Below are positions 26,466 to 34,828 of a stretch of 52,852 nt of DNA, one piece after another. Source of the stretch: Candidatus Nanoarchaeia archaeon (GTDB lineage Archaea; Nanobdellota; Nanobdellia; UBA10117); contig JAWCLD010000001.1 in assembly GCA_038851215.1 (NCBI GenBank), positions 1-52,852 on the forward strand, read 5' to 3'. Numbering within the stretch: the stretch's first letter is position 1; every line of letters begins with the position of its first letter. The translations under genes and the position numbers were made by a program. The notes beneath the pieces are model-generated. The model saw nothing but the letters and a program-made list of their open reading frames with translations. It was not told where the DNA came from and searched no databases.

Positions 26466-27170
26466 TCATTTAAAAGGCTTTGGGATGTACAAGCACTCTA
26501 AATCTAGTGCATTAACAACCGGCTTTTCAAAGTAATCATCAACAAGCCGTGGGCAAGCAGTATTAACCCATGCTTCGATGTGGCTGAAATCGAGCAACAT
26601 TGTATTTGTAATTATATCGCAAATGAAGAGGTAAGCTTTTTTTCCCAATTTCTCAAGCTTTTCTTTTAGCTTTACTGCAGACATTTGCAATTCATATTGG
26701 CCTGGCTTTGTTGACACGAGAATTCCAACAACTTTTGCGCTTTTGAAGCGCTCTAATTCTAGAATGTGCTTTTTTAAAAGATTCTTTCTTTTCCCCTCAT
26801 CCAAAAGCGTCAATTGTCCTGTAAAGGGGTCAAATACTAGTATCGGCTTAGAGCTTTTCATAAGCAGACCGAAAGGGTGAAATTCTCCAGTGCCTATGTA
26901 TAAAAAAGCTTCAATCTTTCTTTCTATAGCTAATGCAGAAGAGACATCGCAGCCAAGCACCTGTCCTTCCAGTAGAGCTGAGCCAGTTGGTTTACCCAAA
27001 AAAACAGTAAAGCTTTTGTCAGATAAAAACTTTTTAATTTTTGGCAGTTGACGGGCAAACTGTACTGTTGTAAGAAGACCTATTTTCTTATAGGAAATAT
27101 CTGGTAAGACTTTTTCCAAGCCCTCTATAACACTTTTGTTAGCCTCGACTTCAATGAATATAGTTTTCAT
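26466..27170 (-). CDS. dph2: Diphthamide synthase Dph2, C-terminal piece (domains 2 and 3)
   Basis: MKTIFIEVEANKSVIEGL..IGLLTTVQF..EGQVLGCD..FLYIGTGEFHP..VNTACPRLVDD. An ATG at 27170 is preceded by the TATA-like AAAGTTTTTAAATTG (27194..27208). The track start is a TTG at 27188. Confidence 0.8.
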   Translation of the reverse strand: MKTIFIEVEANKSVIEGLEKVLPDISYKKIGLLTTVQFARQLPKIKKFLSDKSFTVFLGKPTGSALLEGQVLGCDVSSALAIERKIEAFLYIGTGEFHPFGLLMKSSKPILVFDPFTGQLTLLDEGKRKNLLKKHILELERFKSAKVVGILVSTKPGQYELQMSAVKLKEKLEKLGKKAYLFICDIITNTMLLDFSHIEAWVNTACPRLVDDYFEKPVVNALDLECLYIPKPFK

Positions 27171-27228
27171 GCTTAATTGTTTACCCAAATAAACAATTTA
27201 AAAACTTTGGTTTGCGCCTAGATATAAA

Positions 27229-30200
27229 TTACGGCAAAATATCCTTAAGTTTGTTTGGGTCCCAGCCAGCTTCTAGTAATGAGAGCTTAATTTGCTGCGG
27301 AGTGTGGCCTTCATCAAGCTCCTCTTTGATATAATCTTTTAGCTTGTCAATGTCATCTGTAGGTTTAAGGACGCCAGCTTTTCTTGCATGGCTTTTTACA
27401 TGCTTTTCTGTCAATTTGCCTAGAATATCGTCAATGATATTTGAAGGCCAATTTGCACTCAACAATGCGGTTCGCACTTGCGCCGCAGTGAAGCCCATTT
27501 CAAGACATTTTCTAGCATATCTTTCAGCCTGTTCGATTTCTTCTGTTGGGACACTAACTTTGTACTGCTCTGCAAGTGCATCTAATTTTACTTGTGTAGC
27601 ATGCGCTGCACTGAGTGCGTTGTTTATATCAGCCGCAGACCAACCTCCTGCAGCTAATTGCTGGGAAATTTCTGAAGGCGAATATCCTTGACTAAGCATT
27701 GTGTCAACTGCAGGTCCAAGCTCACCTTCTCCAGGTGTTTCGACGCCATGTGCTACTGTCAAAGCAGCCAGACCGTGTCTGCGTTTATACATATAATACA
27801 ATCCACCTGCTATAATAGCAAGTATCACTGCTACCACAGTTAGCCACACATTTGTGCCTATCTTTTTCTTACAATCGTATGGACTTATTGCAGGTGTCTC
27901 GCCAGCAGCACTGTCGCAAACGCCATCACCGATAAGATATGGGCACTTGCAGTTGGGTGTACAAAGACCTGGACAAGCTACATCTTTAGAGCCGTCGCAA
28001 TCCTCGCCAGCTTCAACAACATTGTTGCCGCAAACTCCCTCTTGAGAATCTGGCTTGCAATCCACTGGAGAATTGGCGTAATTTTCGCCGTACTTTACAT
28101 CGCAAATGCCATCCCCTACTTTATATTTAGGTAATATGTCTTGATAGAGCGTCTTGTTGCAGCCTTCTGTTATATCATCAATCTTACCGTTGCAGTTGTT
28201 ATCAACATAGTCACCACAAATCTCCGTGGCACCAGGATTGATATCCTTATCCAAATCGTCACAATCCTTTGCGCCGCAGTCTCCACCTTCTACAGCATAG
28301 CCGTCAGCATCGATATCTGTGCATTCTATTACCTTATAAACTAAACTGAGCTTTTCGCTTTTAGTCGGGTCTTTTATATTTGTGGCTGTAAAATTGATAG
28401 TATAATTGCCAATCTCTACATCCTTCGCCGATATTACTTCGAGCAAAATCTTATCTTTGTCGCCAACAGCTATTGTGCTATTTTTTGGCGAAATTTCGCA
28501 CTCCCAGTCGCTTGGGCATTTTACAGAATAATCGAACCTACCAACACAATCATCTTGATTTTCAACTGTAATGTTATAAGAAACTTCTGTGCCAGCAGTT
28601 GCGCTGATATGTTTTGTTTTTGTACTAAGGCTTGGTGCTTCTCTGCTGCAAATCTTTATAGTATAATTGAACGTCGTGCTTGCGTTATATTCTGGATTTT
28701 CAAAATCGTAAGCTAAGGCGCTGAAACTATAGTCGTTAAGGCTTGCAGTAGTTGGTGAAGTTATTGCAAAAGGTACTGAGGAAGTTTTGCCATTTTTTAT
28801 ATCAAGAGTCGTACTGTTTGGCTGACATTTCCAGCCACTCTTACAACTTATATTCAAGCCAAACGTCTTGTCAGCGCCTCTGTAATTAGTAATTTTTGCG
28901 GTATAAGTTAAAGTATCGCCTTTGTCGCCACTTTGGCTTAACGGCTCTATGGCAAGGACAACAGGAAATACTTCTGCCTCGAAACTTATATTAGAGCTTT
29001 CGCTACACTCTGGCCAGCCATTTTCACAAAGCTTAGTGAGATCAAATACGCCTTCACAAACAGCAGTGTGCTGTCCTTCCGAAACGGCTGGGCATTTAAA
29101 TTTCGCACCATTATTCGTCCACTCCACCAAAGAGCAGCGCGTTGTATTAGTATCAATGTATGCACTCAAAGCCTCGCACTTTAACGCGTTATTACAGGCC
29201 TGTGCAAGACATGTTAAATTAAATTCAGTATTTGGGCGTACTAAAGATGGTTCTAAGATAGGTGTGCTTAACCTACATTCATGACATGATAAAATTACAA
29301 ATACGGTAGAGTTACCTTCAACATAATTTGATGCGCTTGCCGTTATTTCAGCTTCTCCTACTTGAGTGGGGGAGCTGAAGGTCACAGAGCATCCACCATT
29401 TGAAGTAACACATTTATTTGGACTTACAGAACCAAAGCTTGGCGAAAAGCTAATTATAATACCGTTGGCCCTATCCAATGTATTGGCAGTGATTGTTGAG
29501 GTCTCTTTTATAGTTATAATTTTGGGATTTGCGGAGACATAAAGTATCTTTTGCTGCGAGGAAACCGTTATGATTGTTTCTTGTCCTATCCCTTCATTAT
29601 TAGCTGCATCGTAACATTTGAACTGGGCTTTATGAGTACCTACACTTTGTGGCGTAAATTCAGTTTGCCAGGTATTTGTATTGCCTATTTGTTTAGCGGA
29701 TGCTTGCAAGACGGAATCGTAATAAAAGTCGCACTTGATTACTTTGACATTATCTATTGCGTTAGCGGAGAAAGTAGTAAGTTGGCCTACAAATGCTGTT
29801 GTAGGACTTACTGCAGATACTTTCGGCTTTTCCGTATCCGTGATTGAGTTAAATGTTGCGGTTACAGCTTTAGTTGCATCCATAATTATATTGCAAGTTC
29901 CAGTACCACTGCAGCCTGCGCCAGACCAGCCTGCAAATACGCTTCCAGAAGCAGCACTTGCTGTCAAAGTAACTGATGTTCCGCTAGCATAAGTTTCAGA
30001 ACAATCTGCGCCGCAATTTATACCTGCGCCCGTAACTGTTCCAGAGCCGGTTCCAGCTTTTGATACTGTCAGAGTATATTGTGTTGGTAAACTCCAGGTA
30101 CAGCCATCTCCTGCTGATTGATGTTGCTTGCATTCAGCTTCACCAAGAGTAGGACAAGCGTGTGGCGTTCCGGTGCAAATGTAATCGTTTATGAATTTGT

Positions 30201-30627
30201 CATAGATCCACCGGCAATTGTGAGAAATACAATTTGATTGTGTGAAATATTGGTTGCAGGGTTTGTGATTGCCTATACATTCTCCACTTTCTCCCATAGG
30301 TTGTGCGGGCGCGGCGAATTTGGCTAGCTGTGTGCCTGCAAAAAGCATAAGCCCCCCAAGTATTAAAATAAAGACTACGAAGAAAAGCGTCAAATTTTTG
30401 CGGAATTCTTTTGGTGTTTTGGCTGAAAACTTGTTTTTGAAGAACAAGTAAAGAAACACGCTTGCTACAATTATAACAAAGGCAGTAAATGATATTAAAA
30501 CTAGATTTGGGTTACTTTCTGGCGAGACTGCTGCTCCTGTTATTTGGTTAAAGCTATGCCAGCCTAGTATTACTATACCTACAAGCATTAATAATATTAT
30601 TATGACGGCAGTGGCCGAGCCTCGCAT
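27229..30627 (-). CDS. 1132-aa multi-domain membrane-spanning surface protein
   Basis: Three N-terminal TM segments and a Cys-rich module. InlB-B-repeat-like domain (YTLTVSKAGTGSGTVTG..INCG.DCSETY..GTSVTLTA..GWSG..C, aa 183-260). Ig-like domains and two paralogous CARDB-like domains with C.SGW.C / CPSDWEC. MopE-like metal-binding motif (DADGY..DCDD.D..INPGATEICGD.VDNNCNGKIDD). Myxococcus-type Cys-rich repeat (CGNNVVEAGEDCDG). TM at aa 927-946, then a cytoplasmic tail with three copies of a ~35-aa repeat. Confidence 0.8.
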   Translation of the reverse strand: MRGSATAVIIILLMLVGIVILGWHSFNQITGAAVSPESNPNLVLISFTAFVIIVASVFLYLFFKNKFSAKTPKEFRKNLTLFFVVFILILGGLMLFAGTQLAKFAAPAQPMGESGECIGNHKPCNQYFTQSNCISHNCRWIYDKFINDYICTGTPHACPTLGEAECKQHQSAGDGCTWSLPTQYTLTVSKAGTGSGTVTGAGINCGADCSETYASGTSVTLTASAASGSVFAGWSGAGCSGTGTCNIIMDATKAVTATFNSITDTEKPKVSAVSPTTAFVGQLTTFSANAIDNVKVIKCDFYYDSVLQASAKQIGNTNTWQTEFTPQSVGTHKAQFKCYDAANNEGIGQETIITVSSQQKILYVSANPKIITIKETSTITANTLDRANGIIISFSPSFGSVSPNKCVTSNGGCSVTFSSPTQVGEAEITASASNYVEGNSTVFVILSCHECRLSTPILEPSLVRPNTEFNLTCLAQACNNALKCEALSAYIDTNTTRCSLVEWTNNGAKFKCPAVSEGQHTAVCEGVFDLTKLCENGWPECSESSNISFEAEVFPVVLAIEPLSQSGDKGDTLTYTAKITNYRGADKTFGLNISCKSGWKCQPNSTTLDIKNGKTSSVPFAITSPTTASLNDYSFSALAYDFENPEYNASTTFNYTIKICSREAPSLSTKTKHISATAGTEVSYNITVENQDDCVGRFDYSVKCPSDWECEISPKNSTIAVGDKDKILLEVISAKDVEIGNYTINFTATNIKDPTKSEKLSLVYKVIECTDIDADGYAVEGGDCGAKDCDDLDKDINPGATEICGDYVDNNCNGKIDDITEGCNKTLYQDILPKYKVGDGICDVKYGENYANSPVDCKPDSQEGVCGNNVVEAGEDCDGSKDVACPGLCTPNCKCPYLIGDGVCDSAAGETPAISPYDCKKKIGTNVWLTVVAVILAIIAGGLYYMYKRRHGLAALTVAHGVETPGEGELGPAVDTMLSQGYSPSEISQQLAAGGWSAADINNALSAAHATQVKLDALAEQYKVSVPTEEIEQAERYARKCLEMGFTAAQVRTALLSANWPSNIIDDILGKLTEKHVKSHARKAGVLKPTDDIDKLKDYIKEELDEGHTPQQIKLSLLEAGWDPNKLKDILP

Positions 30628-30706
30628 AGCCTTATTTAGAAAGGGACGTGAATATAAAAACTTTGCCTGAATTATTTCTTAACTTCGTCGAATGTGAAAT
30701 GAGGTT

Positions 30707-31264
30707 CTATCGCTGCTTTACAGCTTTATAAATATCGCTACCAAGTGCTATTCCGCCGATTGTAAGCAACACTTCTAAACCGTCGATTAGCAATTGCATA
30801 TATGGTTGTAGGGATTGGGCAAAATCATAATACGCTAAAAATGACGACGCGCCAATGATGCCAGCTAATCCTAAACTGTCAAGAATTATTCTCGAAACGT
30901 TCGAAACAGAACTTCTTATTGAGGTACTATAAAGTTCTAGCGCTTTCTCGTATTGCGCGGCAGGTAGACTATGGCTTAAAATCTCTGCAAGATCTGTGGG
31001 CTGCTGCACATTTTGGATTTCAAAAATATGATATTTTTTATCAGGCAGCAAGTGTGTCAATACGGGGCGCTCACCAGGCAACTGGTTATTGAGGTCATTC
31101 AAAACGCGCTTAACTTCATTACCCACAGCTGCTGGTACATAGATGAAAAGAGTTTGTGGAAACTCGTCTGTCTGCGTAACAAAGCATATCGGAATTGGAC
31201 CCTTTCCTTCGTACTTTTTAATCTGCCTCAAGGCTGTCTTGTTTGGCTTTGGTATGTTTAGCAT
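30707..31264 (-). CDS. Hypothetical protein with C-terminal membrane segments
   Basis: 185-aa ORF, 6 nt downstream of the 119-aa ORF. Hydrophobic C-terminal third. No recognised motif. Confidence 0.5.
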   Translation of the reverse strand: MLNIPKPNKTALRQIKKYEGKGPIPICFVTQTDEFPQTLFIYVPAAVGNEVKRVLNDLNNQLPGERPVLTHLLPDKKYHIFEIQNVQQPTDLAEILSHSLPAAQYEKALELYSTSIRSSVSNVSRIILDSLGLAGIIGASSFLAYYDFAQSLQPYMQLLIDGLEVLLTIGGIALGSDIYKAVKQR

Positions 31265-31270
31265 AGCTCT

Positions 31271-31630
31271 TTACTCACTTTTTAGGCAAGGTATTCGCAA
31301 TTTTGGTTTCGAGGTTTCTTGTGATGGTGAGGTTTGCGCATAAGATTGTGGCGGTTGAGCCAATGGCACTTGCTCTGGCATTTCTTTTGATGTTTGAACT
31401 TTAGCTTCTAAGGTAAGTTGGCTAGATTGACTTTGTTGTACTGGCACGCTCTCTTCCTTTGATTTGTACCGTTTATACAACTCCTGCGCGCCATAAAAGA
31501 TTGGAAGTGTTAAAAGACCGCCTGTAAGAGCGTAAGGTATCAGTTGGGGAGAACCGATACATGCTGCGACAATTCCGCCCAACCCACTTAGTATGGCTGC
31601 TATTTCTGCCTTACTCATAACCAAAAACAA
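31271..31630 (-). CDS. Hypothetical two-TM protein with Gln/Ser/Pro-rich tail
   Basis: 119-aa ORF with two N-terminal hydrophobic segments and a low-complexity C-terminus (QQSQSSQ..QPPQSYAQTSPSQ). Confidence 0.45.
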   Translation of the reverse strand: MFLVMSKAEIAAILSGLGGIVAACIGSPQLIPYALTGGLLTLPIFYGAQELYKRYKSKEESVPVQQSQSSQLTLEAKVQTSKEMPEQVPLAQPPQSYAQTSPSQETSKPKLRIPCLKSE

Positions 31631-31693
31631 TACGTTAAGAATTTAAGATTACCGTTTCTGCAACAAGCATTATTAGTTAGTGAAACAATAATT

Positions 31694-31714
31694 AAAACAA
31701 AAAAAGAGAAAAAG
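31694..31714 (-). terminator. Oligo-T tract (archaeal-type terminator) after the 95-aa membrane gene
   Basis: The minus strand reads CCTTTTTCTCTTTTTTTGTTTT just downstream of the stop at 31727. Confidence 0.35.
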
Positions 31715-31726
31715 GATTTTCAGCAA

Positions 31727-32014
31727 TTACTTTAGTTTGCTGAAAATCTGTATGGCCATTGCTATAGCACCTATCAACACTAGGATAAACGCAATTACTA
31801 AGAAAATTATGTTTATCCACCCAATCGCTGTTGCAATCGTTGGAATTGCAGTTGCAATGGGCTCTAGTGTTGAAGCAAGGATAAGGAACACTGCGCCCGA
31901 GGCAATGTAGCCTAACTCCTTCTTCAGTGCTTCTACATAGCCGCTGTACTTTAACAGCGCTAGGCCTACCAATATTCCTATTCCAGTTCCAAGTATACCT
32001 TCCCAAAAGGCCAT
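31727..32014 (-). CDS. 95-aa three-TM membrane protein (paralog B)
   Basis: MAFWEGILGTGIGILVGLALLKYSGY.. is similar to the upstream 94-aa ORF. AAGGAGGA lies about 10 nt upstream of the ATG. Confidence 0.55.
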   Translation of the reverse strand: MAFWEGILGTGIGILVGLALLKYSGYVEALKKELGYIASGAVFLILASTLEPIATAIPTIATAIGWINIIFLVIAFILVLIGAIAMAIQIFSKLK

Positions 32015-32107
32015 TTTGTCATGTCCTCCTTTGATTTTTCAAAGGATAATGTTCCATTTCTCAACTCAATATATAAGGCTGTTTCATTTCTAACCAGTAA
32101 TTACGTT

Positions 32108-32392
32108 TTAGCCCTTCATTAAGTCAGCTGCTGCCCACAGACTACCTATTACTATTAATATAAAGGCTATTAGCTCCCAAGCAAATGTTACCCAGGCAGC
32201 TGCTGTGGATGTAGCTATCTTAGCTGCAAATGCTCCTGCGTTCCAGGCCAAGTCTATTATGTAAAACATTAGACCTGCCGCTATGAAACCAGCTGGCTTC
32301 TGCACTAGGTGCAATATGCCTGCGTACCTGAGTAGCACAAGGGCCGCAGCCAATCCCAAGACTAAACCAAATATTGTTCCTTCGATTGCCAT
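32108..32392 (-). CDS. 94-aa three-TM membrane protein (paralog A)
   Basis: MAIEGTIFGLVLGLAAALVLLRYAGI.. with the ATG at 32392 preferred over the track TTG at 32401. TATA-like TTATATAATATG upstream. Confidence 0.55.
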   Translation of the reverse strand: MAIEGTIFGLVLGLAAALVLLRYAGILHLVQKPAGFIAAGLMFYIIDLAWNAGAFAAKIATSTAAAWVTFAWELIAFILIVIGSLWAAADLMKG

Positions 32393-32487
32393 TTTGCTCA
32401 ACTTTTATAGTTAAATCATATTATATAAGAGTGTGTCACTCAGGTCTTGTAGAAAACATCGAAAATAATACTTAATAAAATTCTTAA

Positions 32488-32805
32488 TTATGTATCAAGG
32501 TTTGGTTTTGTTACAACTTTCCTAAATGCTGTGTGTCCAAAATTAATTAGCAAATCGAAACCAATGTTCTTAAGTTGTAATGGCAAGTCGCAAGCTCCAA
32601 AATTGCTGCCTGCCCAGAGCCATAGTTGAGCCTTTAAGTTGCTATCTTTTAGCTTTTTACTTACTTCATCGTAGATTTTAGTAGCATGTTGTTTAAGCCC
32701 ATCTGGCAATTGTAGACAAACCTTTGGGTTCTCCTTTTTTATTTTGGCTATTTCTGCTACAACTTTATTGATATTCAAGTTGTAATCCATAATTTGTTTA
32801 CTCAA
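32488..32805 (-). CDS. dph2: Diphthamide synthase Dph2, N-terminal piece (domain 1)
   Basis: 105 aa; VCLQLPDGLKQHA..NFGACDLP..GFDLLINFGHTAF matches Dph2 domain 1 (compare P. horikoshii VLIQSPEGLR..NYGACDPA..CDALIHLGHSYM). Confidence 0.75.
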   Translation of the reverse strand: MSKQIMDYNLNINKVVAEIAKIKKENPKVCLQLPDGLKQHATKIYDEVSKKLKDSNLKAQLWLWAGSNFGACDLPLQLKNIGFDLLINFGHTAFRKVVTKPNLDT

Positions 32806-32844
32806 CTATACATTTTTAAATTTGTTTATTGCTAATTAGATAGG

Positions 32845-33120
32845 ATGGGAAAAGAAATAATCGACGAAAGGCTCAATAAGGAATTTGCTAGAACAGAAAA
32901 AGCATTGAAAATAATTAAAATTGTTTCTAATAAGAAAGAGGTGCGCGAACTCTACGATTTGGCAAAAAGATATTATGAAGATGCAAAATATTTCAAGGAA
33001 AAAGACGATTGGATTTCTGCCTTCGGCGCCCTTAATTATGCTTTTGGCCTTCTCGATGCGGGTGCAAAGCTGAAATTGTTTGATGTTTCAGCAGCAAAGG
33101 ATTTGTTTATTGTTGATTAA
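32845..33120 (+). CDS. DUF357-like protein
   Basis: 91 aa; RYYEDAKYFKEKDDWISAFGALNYAFGLLDAG fits my recollection of the DUF357 pattern. Confidence 0.5.
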   Translation: MGKEIIDERLNKEFARTEKALKIIKIVSNKKEVRELYDLAKRYYEDAKYFKEKDDWISAFGALNYAFGLLDAGAKLKLFDVSAAKDLFIVD

Positions 33121-33196
33121 GTATTGGCCTAATAGTAAAAAATTTGTTTGTAAATTAGAAAGATTTATTTTATTTATTTTCTTTATATTTAAAAGC

Positions 33197-33538
33197 GTGG
33201 CAATTTGGCAAACTTTGTTGGGCTTAGAGTTAGGGTATGCTGACCAGTATTTAGAAAGTATAAAAGAGGTTGCTGATTTCATCAAGCACAAGCAAGAAGC
33301 TTTTGAAGAAAAAGTTGAGGATAGAGGTACATTTTGGCTTGTAACAGAAGAAAGAGTGGGACAATTCTTTATACATTTCGTACCTAAAGAACTCTGGCCT
33401 ATTTTTAGGCAAGCTCAAATCAAAGAGCCTCAAGAGCAGGCGTTGCTAGAGCAGAATTCCTTTTTATTAAGACAGTTTAGGCGAGCAGATGTAAGATTTA
33501 TCTGTTACGGAATACCGAAAGACAAGATAAAATTATAA
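33197..33538 (+). CDS. Hypothetical protein
   Basis: I prefer a GTG start just after the TATA-like CTTTATATTTAAAA. The track start at 33080 overlaps the DUF357 gene and encodes low-complexity sequence. Confidence 0.35.
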   Translation: MAIWQTLLGLELGYADQYLESIKEVADFIKHKQEAFEEKVEDRGTFWLVTEERVGQFFIHFVPKELWPIFRQAQIKEPQEQALLEQNSFLLRQFRRADVRFICYGIPKDKIKL

Positions 33539-33606
33539 TTTATCTTGTTGTGCAACCATTGCCGATTAGCTTAATAATGTTCATCTCATTTCGTTTTTTT
33601 ATCAAA

Positions 33607-34395
33607 ATGAAATTCAAACAACTTCTTGCAAAGCTAACTCATATTCCTGCAGAAATTTTGCCATCTAGCTATCAAATACTCGGTAACATTATGTTGATAA
33701 AGTTGTTAAATCCTATTGCTCTAAGACAAAAAAGGAAAATTGCTAGAGCTATTTTAAAGAGTTTTCCTTATGTAAAAACAGTTTGCTTGCAGAAAGGCAT
33801 ATTTGGAGAATTTAGACAGCCAAGAATTGAAATTTTAGCTGGTACTCAAAATACAGAAACGATTCACAATGAGTTAAATTGCAAATTCAAGCTTGATGTG
33901 GCAAAAATAATGTGGTCTAAAGGAAATCACTTTGAGAGGCGAAGACTATTGCGGCTTGTGAAACCGAATGAAATTATTATTGACATGTTTGCAGGAATAG
34001 GCTATTGGTCTATAATTTTAGGAAAGCATACTAAGGCAAAAAAGATTATAGCAATAGAAAAAAACCCTGAGGCGTTTGATTTTCTAATTGAAAACATTTG
34101 CCTAAATAAATTGCTAAACATAACTGCAATTGAAGGTGATTGCAGGTTTTTTATCGGCGAGAAGGCAGATAGGATTTTAATGGGTTATTTTCCAAATACA
34201 ATAAAGTTCTTACCGCACGCTCTTAAACTTTCTAAGAAGGGAACGCACATACATTTTCACGAGCTTACTAGCGATTTGGATAATTTAAAAAAGAAAATTT
34301 CCAAATTTAAGGAGTTAGAAATAGAAAATATTCGAAAAGTCAAAGAGTATTCTCCAAATAAAACGCATTATGTCTTTGACCTAAAAGTTACATGA
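33607..34395 (+). CDS. trm5: Trm5/Taw2-family tRNA methyltransferase (Met-10 domain)
   Basis: ILGNIMLIKL.., ...FKLDVAKIMWSKGN..ER.R, and SAM motif IIIDMFAGIGYWSI. Confidence 0.75.
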   Translation: MKFKQLLAKLTHIPAEILPSSYQILGNIMLIKLLNPIALRQKRKIARAILKSFPYVKTVCLQKGIFGEFRQPRIEILAGTQNTETIHNELNCKFKLDVAKIMWSKGNHFERRRLLRLVKPNEIIIDMFAGIGYWSIILGKHTKAKKIIAIEKNPEAFDFLIENICLNKLLNITAIEGDCRFFIGEKADRILMGYFPNTIKFLPHALKLSKKGTHIHFHELTSDLDNLKKKISKFKELEIENIRKVKEYSPNKTHYVFDLKVT

Positions 34396-34433
34396 ATAAT
34401 GTGAATAAACTTCAAATAAGTCTTATTAATTTA

Positions 34434-34763
34434 TTAGGCATAAATCTTTACTTGTTTAGGTGCAAACGCTTGGGCAAACTCTATTGCGAGCTTCTCGTCT
34501 TTTGTGGCTAGCCAGCTGTGAATCCTTGCTGTGAAGCAAACGCTACAAAGTGCTTTTTCATGTTCTCCACGACAAATGCTACAAGAAATCTTTCCGTAAC
34601 GAGTTTTGTCTAGAATGTTACGGACTTCCTCTCGGTACGCCTTTATCAAAGATAATTTTCGCTTTTCTATCCAGATTTCGACCTTATCTGTGAGGCAAAG
34701 AGGACATATAGGTAGCGTAATCGTTGAGAAGCAAAGACCACATCTTGTCATAGCGTTCAACAT
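34434..34763 (-). CDS. Hypothetical multi-Cys (zinc-binding?) protein
   Basis: 109 aa with CGLC, CPLC, CSIC and CSVC pairs. Confidence 0.45.
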   Translation of the reverse strand: MLNAMTRCGLCFSTITLPICPLCLTDKVEIWIEKRKLSLIKAYREEVRNILDKTRYGKISCSICRGEHEKALCSVCFTARIHSWLATKDEKLAIEFAQAFAPKQVKIYA

Positions 34764-34828
34764 TAGAGGTTTTTAGTAGTATATAAAGTTTTATTGCAAA
34801 CAGAAAATAAATTTTCTAAAATTTTGAA

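Noticed and set aside
31692-32006. 104-aa alternative-frame ORF overlapping the 95-aa membrane gene
   Set aside because: It is on the same strand in a different frame, and is Cys/Arg/Asn-rich with no features. The 95-aa frame has a paralog and an SD sequence.
27171-32487. Mobile-element boundaries (att or target-site duplications, integrase, transposase) for the cassette that splits dph2
   Set aside because: By eye I found no integrase or transposase gene and no convincing direct or inverted repeats at the two junctions. I therefore do not call it a mobile element. A computed repeat search is needed.
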